Assembly: GCA_963805625.1 (NCBI GenBank)
Contig: CAWDVE010000013.1
Span: forward strand, 544,001 to 608,000
Length of the DNA: 64,000 nt
Source: an uncultured Candidatus Rokubacteria bacterium
Lineage (GTDB): Bacteria > Methylomirabilota > Methylomirabilia > Rokubacteriales > DASRDR01
Direction of reading: 5' to 3'
The notes beneath the pieces are model-generated. The model searched no databases, was not told the DNA's origin, and saw only the letters and a list, made by a program, of their open reading frames with translations. The position numbers and the translations under genes are program-made. Position 1 is the stretch's first letter; each line of letters opens with the position of its first letter. Of this stretch, positions 28,062 to 37,821 are shown piece by piece.

Positions 28062-29234
28062 ATGTCCGGTCGGCCGTTCCTGCAGATCCCCGGCCCCACC
28101 CTCGTTCCCGAGCGGATCGTGCGCGCCATGTCACAGTCGATCATCGACCACCGCGGTCCGAAGTTCGCGGCGCTGGTCGGCGAGATCCTCGCCGGGCTGA
28201 GGACCGTGTTCCAGACCGAGCGTGGCCAGGCGATCCTGTACCCGGGCTCGGGCACGGGCGGCTGGGAGGCGGCCGTCGTCAACACGCTGTCTCCCGGTGA
28301 CCGGGTCCTCGGGGTCGTCAACGGCCACTTCTCGAACCACTTCTGCCGGACCGCCGCGGCGCTCGGCATCGAGGTGGACCGCCTCGAGGTGCCCTACGGC
28401 GACGGCGTGCCCGCGGCGCGCGTGGCCGAGCGGCTCCGCGCCGACTCGACCCACCAGGTGCGGGCGGTCCTCGTGGTCCACAACGAGACCTCGACGGGCG
28501 TGACGAGCGACATCGCGGCGGTGCGCCGGACCCTCGACGAGGCGCGCCACCCGGCGCTGCTCCTCGTCGACGTCGTCTCGTCCCTGGCGTCGATCGACTT
28601 CCGGTTCGACGAGTGGGGAGTGGACGTCGCCCTCACGGGCCCCCAGAAGGGGCTCATGCTCCCGCCCGGGCTCACGATCCTGGCGGCGAGCGAGCGGGCC
28701 ATCCGCGCGAGCCAGGCCGCCAAGTGCCCGCGCGCCTACTGGGACTGGGGACCGGTGCTCGAGCGGAACAAGCGCGGCGAGTTCCCCTACACGCCCGCCA
28801 CCGCGCTCCTCTTCGGCCTCCGCGAGTCGATCGCCATGCTGGAGGAGGAGGGCTTGCCGCAGGTGTTCCGGCGCCACGCGCGGCTGGCCGAGGCCTGCCG
28901 GCGCGCCGTCCGGGCCCTCGGGCTCGGGATCCTGTGCCGCGACGAGCGCGAGCACTCGAACACGCTGACCGCCGTGGTCATGCCGCCCGGCTTCGATTCG
29001 GACGCGTACATCGTCCACGCCAACCGGACGCTCGACATGTCGCTCGGCATCGGGCTGGGCGAGGTCAAGGGCAAGGTGTTCAGGATCGGCCACCTGGGGA
29101 GCCTGAACGAGCTGGAGCTCCTCGCCGGGCTGGCCGGCGTGGAGATGACCCTCAAGAGTTTCGGCGTGCCGGTGACCCTCGGAGCGGGGGTCGCCGCCGC
29201 CCAGTCGTACCTGATGGAGAGCCGACCGAACTGA
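28062..29234 (+). CDS. Serine/alanine-glyoxylate aminotransferase (class V PLP)
   Basis: FLQIPGPT, HNETSTGV, DVVSS, GPQKGLMLPPG, FRIGHLG. Confidence 0.9.
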   Translation: MSGRPFLQIPGPTLVPERIVRAMSQSIIDHRGPKFAALVGEILAGLRTVFQTERGQAILYPGSGTGGWEAAVVNTLSPGDRVLGVVNGHFSNHFCRTAAALGIEVDRLEVPYGDGVPAARVAERLRADSTHQVRAVLVVHNETSTGVTSDIAAVRRTLDEARHPALLLVDVVSSLASIDFRFDEWGVDVALTGPQKGLMLPPGLTILAASERAIRASQAAKCPRAYWDWGPVLERNKRGEFPYTPATALLFGLRESIAMLEEEGLPQVFRRHARLAEACRRAVRALGLGILCRDEREHSNTLTAVVMPPGFDSDAYIVHANRTLDMSLGIGLGEVKGKVFRIGHLGSLNELELLAGLAGVEMTLKSFGVPVTLGAGVAAAQSYLMESRPN

Positions 29235-29332
29235 CCAGGAGACCGTCGCGTCCCCCCGGGCCGAGGGCCGTCCAGACGGTCCGGAGGCCCGAGGCGCGAC
29301 GGCGAGCTCACCGAGCCAAAGGAGACGCCCCC

Positions 29333-30463
29333 ATGAAAGGCCGCCTCGCCGTCATGACGAAGTTCAGTGCCGACTTCGACATCCGGGAGTACACCGTCCC
29401 GGAGGTCGAGCCCGACGCCGCCCTGGTCCGGATCACGCGCGGTGGGATCTGCGGGTCGGACCTCCACATCTGGCGTGGTGAGCTCCAGGACCTCATCGGG
29501 GCGCCGGATCGCGGCCAGACCTTCGGCCACGAGATGTGCGGCGTGATCGAGCGGCTCGGGAAGAACGTCACGACCGATTCGACGGGTGCCCCCCTCAAGG
29601 AGGGGGACCGGGTCACCTATTGCTACTTCTACCCGTGCGGACGCTGCCCCGCCTGCCTCGACGGGCATCGGGCCGCCTGCCCGAACAAGCGGCGCGGGAC
29701 GCGGTACGCGGACGACCCGCCGCACTTCGTGGGCTCCTACGGGGAGTACTTCTACCTGCGCCCCGGCCACTTCGTGTACCGGGTGCCCGACAGCATCTCC
29801 GACGACGTGGCCACGCCGGTCAACTGTGCTCTCGCCCAGGTCCTGTACGGGCTGGACCGCGTGCGCGTCCGGGTCGGGGACACGGTCGTCCTCCAGGGCG
29901 CGGGCGGGCTCGGGCTCAACGCCGCCGCCGTCGCCAAGGAGATGGGCGCAGCGCAGGTCATCGTCATCGATCAGATCCCGGAGCGGCTCGAGCTCGCCCG
30001 GCGGTTCGGCGCCGACCACACGCTGAGCCTCCAGGAGCTCTCCCGGCCCGAGGACCGCGTGGCGGCGGTGAAGGAGCTCACGCGGGGCTGGGGCGCCGAC
30101 ATCGTCTGCGACTTCGTCGGGTTCCCAAGCGTCATCCCCGAGGGCCTCCAGATGCTGAAGAGCGGGGGCACCTATCTCGAGATCGGCCACATCAGCCCAG
30201 GGCACAAGTTCGAGTTCCACCCGGCGTCCATCGTCTGGCGGTCCCAGACGATCGTCGGCATGATCCAGTACGAGCCGTGGGCGATCCAGCGAGGCCTCAC
30301 GTTCCTCGAGCAGAACCAGCGGAAGTACCCGTTCACCGAGGTGATCTCGCACGTCTACCCGCTGGAGAAGATCAGCGAGGCGTTCCGCGAGGCGGAATGG
30401 CTGGGTCGCCAGCACAGCCCGCACAAGATCAGCCGCGCGGCGATCGCGCCCTGGGGCAAGTGA
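29333..30463 (+). CDS. Zinc-dependent alcohol dehydrogenase family
   Basis: GICGSDLH, GHE, CGRCPAC...C, QGAGGLG; SD AAGGAG. Confidence 0.88.
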   Translation: MKGRLAVMTKFSADFDIREYTVPEVEPDAALVRITRGGICGSDLHIWRGELQDLIGAPDRGQTFGHEMCGVIERLGKNVTTDSTGAPLKEGDRVTYCYFYPCGRCPACLDGHRAACPNKRRGTRYADDPPHFVGSYGEYFYLRPGHFVYRVPDSISDDVATPVNCALAQVLYGLDRVRVRVGDTVVLQGAGGLGLNAAAVAKEMGAAQVIVIDQIPERLELARRFGADHTLSLQELSRPEDRVAAVKELTRGWGADIVCDFVGFPSVIPEGLQMLKSGGTYLEIGHISPGHKFEFHPASIVWRSQTIVGMIQYEPWAIQRGLTFLEQNQRKYPFTEVISHVYPLEKISEAFREAEWLGRQHSPHKISRAAIAPWGK

Positions 30464-30497
30464 GGGCGGTCCGACCGCGGATGGCCCTCGGGAGCGA

Positions 30498-30797
30498 GTG
30501 ATGCCGGCCGAACGCATCGAAAACTGGATGATGGAAGAAGTGAAGAAGTTCATGGAGCAGGCGTTTCTCGAGAGCACGGTGGACTACTTCCCCCGGGGGA
30601 ACGGCTCCGCGGTGCTCTTCCGGGCCGAGGGACGGCCGTCACATACGGAACCGCGGAGGCTCCTCCATCAGCTCTGGATCGACAAGAGCTTCTTCCTGCG
30701 CTGTGCCGACCGCACCAGCCTGCAGAACGCCCTCGAGGGGGCCGACGTGATGGTATCGATGAAGAAGGCCGGCGACAAGATCGTGGAGCTCCATTGA
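30498..30797 (+). CDS. Hypothetical protein (99 aa)
   Basis: Protein-like composition and GC3 bias, SD GGGAG, stop overlaps the next TTG start. Confidence 0.55.
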   Translation: MMPAERIENWMMEEVKKFMEQAFLESTVDYFPRGNGSAVLFRAEGRPSHTEPRRLLHQLWIDKSFFLRCADRTSLQNALEGADVMVSMKKAGDKIVELH

Positions 30798-31393
30798 GGA
30801 AGCCCGGCCGGCGGGCCGCGTCGTCCCCCCGGAGCCGAAGGCCGCCCGCTCGGCCGAAGGTCCGACGTCTGGCGGCAAATCGAACGCCCAACCGCCTCGC
30901 GTTCCGCCCGGCCGCCCGGACCGACGTCCCGACGATCCTCGGCCTGATCCGGGGCATCGCCGAGTACGAGCGCCTAGCGCACGAGGTCGAGGCCACCGAG
31001 TCCTTGCTCCACGAGCACGGCTTCGGGCCGCGTCGCGTCTTCGAGGCGATCCTGGCCGAGCGCGAGGGGCGGGCGGTGGGATTCGCCCTCTACTTCTTCA
31101 CCTTCTCGACCTTCACGGGTCGGCCGACGCTCTACCTCGAGGATCTCTTTGTCGTCCCCGAAGAGCGGCGGGGTGGCATCGGCAGCCGCCTGCTGACTCG
31201 TCTCGCCCAGATCGCGGTCGAGCGGGATTGCGGTCGGATGGAGTGGTCGGTTCTCGACTGGAACACGCCGGCCCGGGACCTGTACCTCAAGCTCGGCGCC
31301 AAGTCGATGGACGAGTGGACGGTCTTCCGCATGACGCCCGAGGCCTTCGGCCGCCTCGCGCGCGAGGGCGTGACGGGCGGATCATCGGAATAG
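30794..31393 (+). CDS. GNAT N-acetyltransferase (SSAT/diamine acetyltransferase-like)
   Basis: AEYERL, FSTFTG..LYLEDLFV.PE.R..GIG, MEWSVLDWN. Confidence 0.88.
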   Translation: MRKPGRRAASSPRSRRPPARPKVRRLAANRTPNRLAFRPAARTDVPTILGLIRGIAEYERLAHEVEATESLLHEHGFGPRRVFEAILAEREGRAVGFALYFFTFSTFTGRPTLYLEDLFVVPEERRGGIGSRLLTRLAQIAVERDCGRMEWSVLDWNTPARDLYLKLGAKSMDEWTVFRMTPEAFGRLAREGVTGGSSE

Positions 31394-31465
31394 CCGGCTC
31401 GCGGCCGCAGCCGGGCAAAACCGGATGCTTGGGCGACGACGGCGCTTGCTACGTTCCACCCCACC

Positions 31466-32512
31466 ATGATCGGCTCTCCTCCCGATTCCGGCGCGCCCTC
31501 GACGGTCCCCCGCAGAAGGGTGCCGGCGAGACGGGGCGCCGCCCGCTTCCTCGTCCCGGCATTCGTCCTCCTGATCGCGTCGCTCACCCCGAAGGCCGAG
31601 GCGCAGCCTGGTAGGGTCTGGCGGGTCGCCGTGCTCACCGGCGCCGTGCCGCGAGAGGCCCCGGCGCCGCACGCCCTGGAGCAGCGGCTGGCCGAGCTGG
31701 GCTACGTCGAAGGCAAGAACCTCCTCATCGACTTCCGTACCGCGGGGGGGCAGCTCGACCGGCTACCGGCGCTGGCCGCCGAGCTGGTAGGCCGCAGGCC
31801 GGATGTCATCGTCGCGATCTCCACGCAAGCTGGGATCGCCTTGAAGAACGCGACCCGACAAATCCCTATTGTCCTCGCCGCCGCCGGGGACCCGGTGGGA
31901 ACGGGAATCGTTCCCAGCCTGGCGAGGCCGGGGGGGAACATCACCGGCGTATCGCTGCTCAACGCCGAGCTGAGTGGCAAGGCGTTGCAGCTCCTGAGGG
32001 AGGGGGTGCCGGCCGTCTCGCGCGTCGCGGTGTTCTGGAACTCGGAGAACCCGCTTCACCAACAGGTCCGTGCTGCCACCGAGGCGGCGGCCACGACGCT
32101 CAAGGTCACCCTCCATTTCCTCGACGTGCGGAGACAGGACGATCTGCCGAACGCGTTCGACGCGGTGACTCGACAGCGCGCCGAGGCCCTCCTCGTGTTT
32201 CCCGACGTCGTCACCCTCGCCCACCGAAAACCGATCATCGCCCATGCCGCCAGGCGCCGGCTGCCTGCCATGTATCCCTTCCGGGAGATGGTGGATGACG
32301 GCGGACTGATGTGCTACGGCCCGAGCCTGGCCGAGAGTGGGCGAGCGGCCACCGACTACGTTGACAAGATCCTGAAGGGCGCGACCCCCGGGACCCTGCC
32401 CATCGCCCAGGCGACGAGGTTCGACCTGCTCATCAACCTCAAGACTGCCAAGGCGCTAGGTCTGACCATCCCGCCCGCGCTCCTCCTCCGGGCCGACCAG
32501 GTGATTCACTGA
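31466..32512 (+). CDS. ABC transporter substrate-binding protein (ABC_sub_bind type), orphan
   Basis: LGYVEGKNL.I, GDPVGTG.V.SLARPGGNITG, GGLM.YGP, INLKTAKALGLTIPP.LL.RADQVI. Confidence 0.88.
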   Translation: MIGSPPDSGAPSTVPRRRVPARRGAARFLVPAFVLLIASLTPKAEAQPGRVWRVAVLTGAVPREAPAPHALEQRLAELGYVEGKNLLIDFRTAGGQLDRLPALAAELVGRRPDVIVAISTQAGIALKNATRQIPIVLAAAGDPVGTGIVPSLARPGGNITGVSLLNAELSGKALQLLREGVPAVSRVAVFWNSENPLHQQVRAATEAAATTLKVTLHFLDVRRQDDLPNAFDAVTRQRAEALLVFPDVVTLAHRKPIIAHAARRRLPAMYPFREMVDDGGLMCYGPSLAESGRAATDYVDKILKGATPGTLPIAQATRFDLLINLKTAKALGLTIPPALLLRADQVIH

Positions 32513-32544
32513 CCCGAGCCAGGCGGGGTCTGGAACGCCGGCTG

Positions 32545-33237
32545 TCACGCCTCGTCCATCGTGAGCTGGAGACGGTGCGCGCCGAGGACGGCGTCTGCGG
32601 CGAGGCCATGGCCCGCGAGGTCGGCGGGCTTGAAGTAGCGGCCGGCGATCGCCTGGGCGAACCCGATCCCGCCCGTCTCGACGAGGAGCACCCAGGGCCA
32701 CGGCTCCTCGCCCTTCGCAACCTCGCCACCCTTGAGCTTCCCCTCCGCCGTCTTCACCTGGGTCATCTCCGGAACCGTCCGCAGGAGATGCACGCCCACC
32801 ACCCCGGTCTCGTCGAGGAGCGCCGCCGGCGCAGTCTCGCGAAGCCACCGCTCGGCCGCCGCCTCGCGGCCGGGCGCGGGCCGCGCCCGGAGCGTCAGGA
32901 GCCCGCCCCCCTGCCCGCGCCCCGTCGTGAGGATGACCTGGCATCCGAAGCGAACGGTGTTCCGGAAGTGCGGGAGCACGCGCTTCGTCCACTCGGTGGG
33001 GAAGTTGAGCCGCAGGATGTACGCCGCGCTCCGGACGGTCTCCACGCTCTCGGTCTCGTAGATGTCGAGATACTCGCGCGGCCGGTCGGCGCTGTCGTAG
33101 CGCCGGCCGCGCAGGAAGCCCGGGATGCCGACGCGCTCCGCGACGTGCTCGCGGTCGTGCCAGCGGATCATCTCGAGGTCCCCCTCGGGAGTCATCGCGT
33201 GCCAGATGATGAGGACGCCCTGCCCGGTCAACGCCAT
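32545..33237 (-). CDS. DUF4286/EthD-like hypothetical protein, paralog B
   Basis: WHDREHVAERVGIPGFLRGRRY, YL.IYE, TEWT; SD GAGGAG. Confidence 0.7.
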   Translation of the reverse strand: MALTGQGVLIIWHAMTPEGDLEMIRWHDREHVAERVGIPGFLRGRRYDSADRPREYLDIYETESVETVRSAAYILRLNFPTEWTKRVLPHFRNTVRFGCQVILTTGRGQGGGLLTLRARPAPGREAAAERWLRETAPAALLDETGVVGVHLLRTVPEMTQVKTAEGKLKGGEVAKGEEPWPWVLLVETGGIGFAQAIAGRYFKPADLAGHGLAADAVLGAHRLQLTMDEA

Positions 33238-33935
33238 TTGGGGTCTCCTCGCTCGGGGTCGATGCTGATCTGGAGCTGATACGCGCCAACCGCGCGCAGC
33301 TCGGCGCCGTGGGCGCGGAGGCTCTCCGGCCCGAGCGGCCCCGCCCGGAGCCCGTCGAGGACCACCGCGTCGTCCGCCTCCACGAGAAGGCACCACGGCT
33401 CGACCGCGCCCCGGTCCCGGTCGCCCGGGCCGCGGAGGCGCTTCTCCTCGGTCGCGATGCTCGTGACCTCGGGCGTCGCGGCCAGCACGTGGACGGAGAC
33501 GACGCCGGTCACGTCCTGGAGCGCGGCGAGGCCGGGACCGGCCAGCGCCGTCGGCCTGTCAGCCGCCCCGCCCGCGGCCTCGAGCTGGAGGGTGAGGAGC
33601 ACGCCTCCCTGTCCGCGGCCCGCGCTCGTCGCCACCCGGTATCCCACCCGCAGCGTGTTGATGAAGTGCGGCACCACGCGGCGGGTCCAGGGCGTGGGAT
33701 CGTTCAGGCGGGCCAGGTACGGAGCGCTCCGGAGCGTCTCCACGTCCTCCACCTCGTAGAGATCGAGGTAGTCGAGCGAGCGCGCGAGGCTCCGGTAGCG
33801 CCGGCCGCGCAGGAAGCCCGGGACGCCCACCCGCTCGGGGATGTGCTCCCGGTCGTGCCAGCGCCAGTACTCCGCCTCCCCCTCCGGCGTGATCGTGTGC
33901 CAGATCGCGAGGACGCCCCGACCTAGGAGCGGCAT
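33228..33935 (-). CDS. DUF4286/EthD-like hypothetical protein, paralog A
   Basis: WHDREHIPERVGVPGFLRGRRY, YL.LYE, PTPWT. Confidence 0.7.
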   Translation of the reverse strand: MPLLGRGVLAIWHTITPEGEAEYWRWHDREHIPERVGVPGFLRGRRYRSLARSLDYLDLYEVEDVETLRSAPYLARLNDPTPWTRRVVPHFINTLRVGYRVATSAGRGQGGVLLTLQLEAAGGAADRPTALAGPGLAALQDVTGVVSVHVLAATPEVTSIATEEKRLRGPGDRDRGAVEPWCLLVEADDAVVLDGLRAGPLGPESLRAHGAELRAVGAYQLQISIDPERGDPKWR

Positions 33936-33968
33936 CCGATCCGCCTCAGCTCGGCTCGCGGCTCGGCG

Positions 33969-34946
33969 TCACGGGGCCGCGGCCTCGAGCGTCCCGCGGG
34001 CGTGGGCGGCCTCGGGCGGCCCGATCGGCCGGACGACCGGAAGCGTGGCGCCCGCCGCCCGGTACGCCTCCACCTCCGCCCGGGCGCGCCGCGCGTCCCC
34101 GATGGCGCCGAGCGCGTCGACCAGGCCGGCCGGCACGGCGTCCGCGTCACGCCCCGGGCTGCGGTCGCGGTCGAACGCGGCCAGCGCGTCGCCGAAGCCG
34201 CTCGCCCGGAACATGGTCCGGTAGTACGGCAGCGAGAGGTAGCGCACCAGCTCGTCACGGAACAGCCGCGCCGCGCCGGGGTGATCATCGGTGACGGCGA
34301 GCGGGACCGGGGCCACGATCTCGAAGCCCTCGAGCGCCTTACCGGCCCGGGCGCGCCCACGGGCGAGCGCGGGTACGACCACGTCGCGCACGTACGCCGG
34401 ACACGCGAGCCAGAGCACCACGCCGTCGGCGATTTCCCCGGCGAGCTCGAGCATCGGGGGCGCGAGGCCGGCCAGGAGCACGGGCGGCGCCGGCGCCCGG
34501 AACGCGCCGGTCCACCGGACGCGGTAGTAGCGCCCCTCGAAGAACGCCTGCCCTTCGAGCGCCGCCCGGAGGACCGTCATGTACTCGCGCATCACGGCGA
34601 GGGGCTCGCCCATGTCGAGGCCGAGGGCCCCGACCATCGACGGCCGGTGGCTCAGCCCGATGCCGAGCCGGAAGCGGCCGCCCGACAGCTCCATGAGCGT
34701 CGACGCCTCCTGCGCCATGGCGACCGGATGGCGCGGGTAGATCGGCACGACACCCGTCCCGAGCCCGATGCGCTCCGTCGCGTGCGCGTACGCCGCCAGC
34801 ACGAGAAAGCCGTCCCGCCCCAGACCGTGGGTCAGCCACACGCTGTCGTAGCCGAGCGTCTCCGCGCGGTGCGCGAGGTCGGTCGCGGTCGCGAGGCGGT
34901 CGCGGGGAGAGAGGTAAGCACCGAGGCGTCGCGCGGAACCGGTCAC
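33969..34946 (-). CDS. LLM-class flavin/F420-dependent oxidoreductase
   Basis: AE.LGYDSVW, LGTGVVPIYPRHP..MAQ, SGGRFRLGIGLSH, LAGEIADG. Confidence 0.85.
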   Translation of the reverse strand: MTGSARRLGAYLSPRDRLATATDLAHRAETLGYDSVWLTHGLGRDGFLVLAAYAHATERIGLGTGVVPIYPRHPVAMAQEASTLMELSGGRFRLGIGLSHRPSMVGALGLDMGEPLAVMREYMTVLRAALEGQAFFEGRYYRVRWTGAFRAPAPPVLLAGLAPPMLELAGEIADGVVLWLACPAYVRDVVVPALARGRARAGKALEGFEIVAPVPLAVTDDHPGAARLFRDELVRYLSLPYYRTMFRASGFGDALAAFDRDRSPGRDADAVPAGLVDALGAIGDARRARAEVEAYRAAGATLPVVRPIGPPEAAHARGTLEAAAP

Positions 34947-35051
34947 GGCCGCCTAGCATAGCAGAGTCGATCGTGAGCACGGGGACGCCCCCCACTACCG
35001 ACGTCGCGGGCCGGTTGCGCCGGCGCGGAGAGGTTCGGTACCATCGGCGCC

Positions 35052-35930
35052 GTGCTCCTCCAGCAGGCGATCAACGCGCTCACGCTGGGCAGCCTGTACG
35101 CCCTCATCGCCATCGGGCTCGCGATCACGTTCTCGATCCTCGACGTCGTCAACTTCGCCCAGGGCTCGCTCGTGATGTGGGGCGCCTATCTCGGCGTCGT
35201 CTTCGCGGTCGGCCTCGGCCTCGGGCTCTGGGTGCCCATGCTCGGCTCGATGTTCCTCGTGGGACTCCTCGGGATGCTCCTCGAGCGCACGGCGCTCCAA
35301 CCGCTCCGCGTCCGCAACGCGCCGCCGATCGCCGCGCTCCTCGCGACGCTCGGCGCGGCCACCATCCTGGACCACCTCATCCTGATCGTGTTCGGGCCCG
35401 ACACACGCGCCTTCCCGAGCCCGTTCCCGGTGCGCATGGTCGAGATCGGGGGCGCCCAGATCTCGACGCTCGAGCTGACGATCACGGGCATCGCGCTCCT
35501 GCTCCTGGTCGGGCTCCAGGCGATGCTCAGACGCACGCGCCTCGGTCTCGCGATGCGCGCCATCGCCCAGGACAGCCGGGTCGCCGGGCTCATGGGCATC
35601 GACACCAACCGGGTCGTGGCGCTCGCGTTCGGGGTGGGCGCCGCGATCGGCGGGGTCGGGGGCGTGCTCACGGGCATCTACTACAACTCGGTCGACATCA
35701 GCATGGGCTACTCGGCGGGCCTGAAGGGGTTCACCGCGATGGTGATCGGCGGCATGGGAAGCCTCCCGGGCGCGATCCTCGGCGGATTCCTGCTCGGAAC
35801 GGCGGAGACCGCCGCGACCACCGTGTTCTGGTCCGGCTACCGGGACATCGTGGCCTTCAGCCTCCTGATCCTCGTCCTCATCGTGCGGCCATCGGGGCTC
35901 CTCGGCACTCCCGAGATCCGGAAGGTCTGA
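35052..35930 (+). CDS. livH: Branched-chain amino acid ABC permease
   Basis: GSLYALIAIG, VVNFAQG, T.LG.AMRA, IGGMGSLPGA, RPSGLLG. Confidence 0.9.
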   Translation: MLLQQAINALTLGSLYALIAIGLAITFSILDVVNFAQGSLVMWGAYLGVVFAVGLGLGLWVPMLGSMFLVGLLGMLLERTALQPLRVRNAPPIAALLATLGAATILDHLILIVFGPDTRAFPSPFPVRMVEIGGAQISTLELTITGIALLLLVGLQAMLRRTRLGLAMRAIAQDSRVAGLMGIDTNRVVALAFGVGAAIGGVGGVLTGIYYNSVDISMGYSAGLKGFTAMVIGGMGSLPGAILGGFLLGTAETAATTVFWSGYRDIVAFSLLILVLIVRPSGLLGTPEIRKV

Positions 35931-35933
35931 CCG

Positions 35934-36929
35934 CTGACGCGGCAACGTCTGGTCCTCGGCGCGCTGCTCGCCGCCGCGCTCCTCGTGCCCGCGGTCGTCC
36001 GGTCGCCCTACGTGCTCCACGTAGCCGTGCTGGCAGGGATCTACGTGATCCTGACGCTCTCGCTCAACCTCGTGACCGGATTCTGCGGCCAGTTCTCGCT
36101 CGGCCATGCGGGCTTCTACGGGATCGGTGCCTACACCGCCGCCATCCTCGCCGTGAACTGGGGGAGCCCGTTCGTCCTGAACCTCGCGGCGGCGGCCGGC
36201 GCCGCCGGCGCCGCCGGATTCCTGATCGGCCTCCCGACCCTGCGGCTCGGCGGCATCTACCTGGCGATGGCGACGCTCGGGTTCGGCGAGATCATCCACC
36301 TGATCCTCCTGAACTGGCTCGGGGTCACCCGGGGCCCGCTCGGCATCCCCGCCATCCCCGGCCCCGCCGTCTTCGGAGTCGACCTCGGGACGCCGGCCCG
36401 CCAGTACTACGTCGTGCTGGCGCTCGTCGTGATCGCGACCGTCGTCGTCTCCCGGCTCGTGGACTCGGGCTTCGGCGAGGCGATCCAGGCCATCCGCGAG
36501 GACGAGGTCGCGGCCGAGGCCCTGGGCGTCCCCACCACCCGCCTGAAGGTGGTGACCTTCACGCTGTCGGCCGCGCTCGCGGGGGTCGCAGGCGCGTTCT
36601 TCGCCCACTACGCGACGTTCGTGAGCCCCGGCTCGTTCACCCTCATCGAGTCGATCCTCGTTCTCTCGCTCCTCGTCTTCGGCGGCATGGGGAGCGTCGA
36701 GGGCTCGATCGCGGGCGCGGTGGTCCTGACGGTGGCGCCCGAGGTGTTCCGGTTCCTCGCGGAGTACCGCATGGTGATCTACGGCGCGATCCTGCTGGGT
36801 CTGATCCTCTTCCGGCCGCAGGGGCTCCTCGGCGGATTCTCGCTCGGCCTCACCCGGCGACCACAGGCCGCCACAGGCCGCCACAGGCCGCCACAGGCCG
36901 AAGGCCGTCCGATGAAGACCGTCCGATGA
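35934..36929 (+). CDS. livM: Branched-chain amino acid ABC permease (probable CTG start; GTG alternative at 35985)
   Basis: SLNL..G..GQFSLGHAGF, LRL.GIYLA.ATLGF, AIREDE.AA, GGMGS, RPQGL. Confidence 0.88.
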   Translation: MTRQRLVLGALLAAALLVPAVVRSPYVLHVAVLAGIYVILTLSLNLVTGFCGQFSLGHAGFYGIGAYTAAILAVNWGSPFVLNLAAAAGAAGAAGFLIGLPTLRLGGIYLAMATLGFGEIIHLILLNWLGVTRGPLGIPAIPGPAVFGVDLGTPARQYYVVLALVVIATVVVSRLVDSGFGEAIQAIREDEVAAEALGVPTTRLKVVTFTLSAALAGVAGAFFAHYATFVSPGSFTLIESILVLSLLVFGGMGSVEGSIAGAVVLTVAPEVFRFLAEYRMVIYGAILLGLILFRPQGLLGGFSLGLTRRPQAATGRHRPPQAEGRPMKTVR

Positions 36930-36955
36930 GGCCGTCCGATGAAGGCCGTCCGATC
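36861..36955. repeat. Two adjacent tandem repeat arrays
   Basis: CCACAGGCCG x4 (36861-36900), then about 4 imperfect copies of AAGGCCGTCCGATG (36901-36955). Confidence 0.85.
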
Positions 36956-36972
36956 AACGCCGGTGTCGTCCA

Positions 36973-37740
36973 ATGAGTGAGACGGTCCTCGAGGTGCGCG
37001 ACCTCTCCGTCCGGTTCGGCGGCATCCGCGCCGTCTCGAGCGTCTCGCTGGCGGTGGGCGCGGGCGAGATCCTCTCGATCATCGGCCCGAACGGCGCCGG
37101 CAAGACCACCATTTTCAACGTCGTCACGGGCCTCTACCGGCCAACCGCCGGCGAGGTGCGCCTCCGGGGCCGCCCGATCTCCGCCCTCCCGCCCCACGCG
37201 CGCGCCCGGATGGGCGTCGCCCGGACCTTCCAGAACATCCGCCTCTTCCGCGACCTCACGGTCGGCGAGAACGTGCGCGTCGCGCGGTACGGACGGGCGC
37301 GGACCGGCCTCGTGGGCGCGCTCCTCAGAACGCCCGGGTTCCGCCGCGACCGCGGCGAGACGGACGCGAGGGTGGAGGCCCTGCTGGACGGCGTCGGGCT
37401 CCGGGGCCGGGGCGGCGAGCTGGCCCGCAACCTCCCCTACGGCGACCAGAAGCGCGTCGAGCTGGCGCGCGCGCTCGCGGCCGAGCCGAGCGTGCTCTTG
37501 CTCGACGAGCCGGCGGCGGGGATGAGCACCGGGGAGGCGGACGCGCTGATGGCGCTCATCCGGGGCCTCCGCGACCAGGGCCTCGCCATCCTGCTCGTGG
37601 AGCACCACATCCGGGTGGTCATGGGTGTCTCCGACCGCGTCGTCGTGCTGAACCACGGCGAGCTCATCGCCGAGGGCCCGCCGGCGGCGGTCCGCCGCGA
37701 CCCGGCGGTCATCGCCGCGTACCTGGGAGAGGGCGCGTGA
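36973..37740 (+). CDS. livG: Branched-chain amino acid ABC ATPase
   Basis: [29 protein letters not shown]. Confidence 0.9.
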   Translation: MSETVLEVRDLSVRFGGIRAVSSVSLAVGAGEILSIIGPNGAGKTTIFNVVTGLYRPTAGEVRLRGRPISALPPHARARMGVARTFQNIRLFRDLTVGENVRVARYGRARTGLVGALLRTPGFRRDRGETDARVEALLDGVGLRGRGGELARNLPYGDQKRVELARALAAEPSVLLLDEPAAGMSTGEADALMALIRGLRDQGLAILLVEHHIRVVMGVSDRVVVLNHGELIAEGPPAAVRRDPAVIAAYLGEGA

Positions 37741-37821
37741 GGCATGCGCCGAGCGCCGTCGCCGCCCGCGCGCGGCGTTCCCGGAGGACAATGAGCCGGT
37801 GAGCGACTGGGTCAGCGAGCC

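Noticed and set aside
35928-35933. Programmed or selenocysteine readthrough fusing livH and livM
   Set aside because: No SECIS-like context or catalytic rationale; independent CTG initiation is simpler
36861-36955. Repeat arrays as a possible CRISPR
   Set aside because: Units are 10-14 bp, contiguous, without spacers, and no cas genes are present
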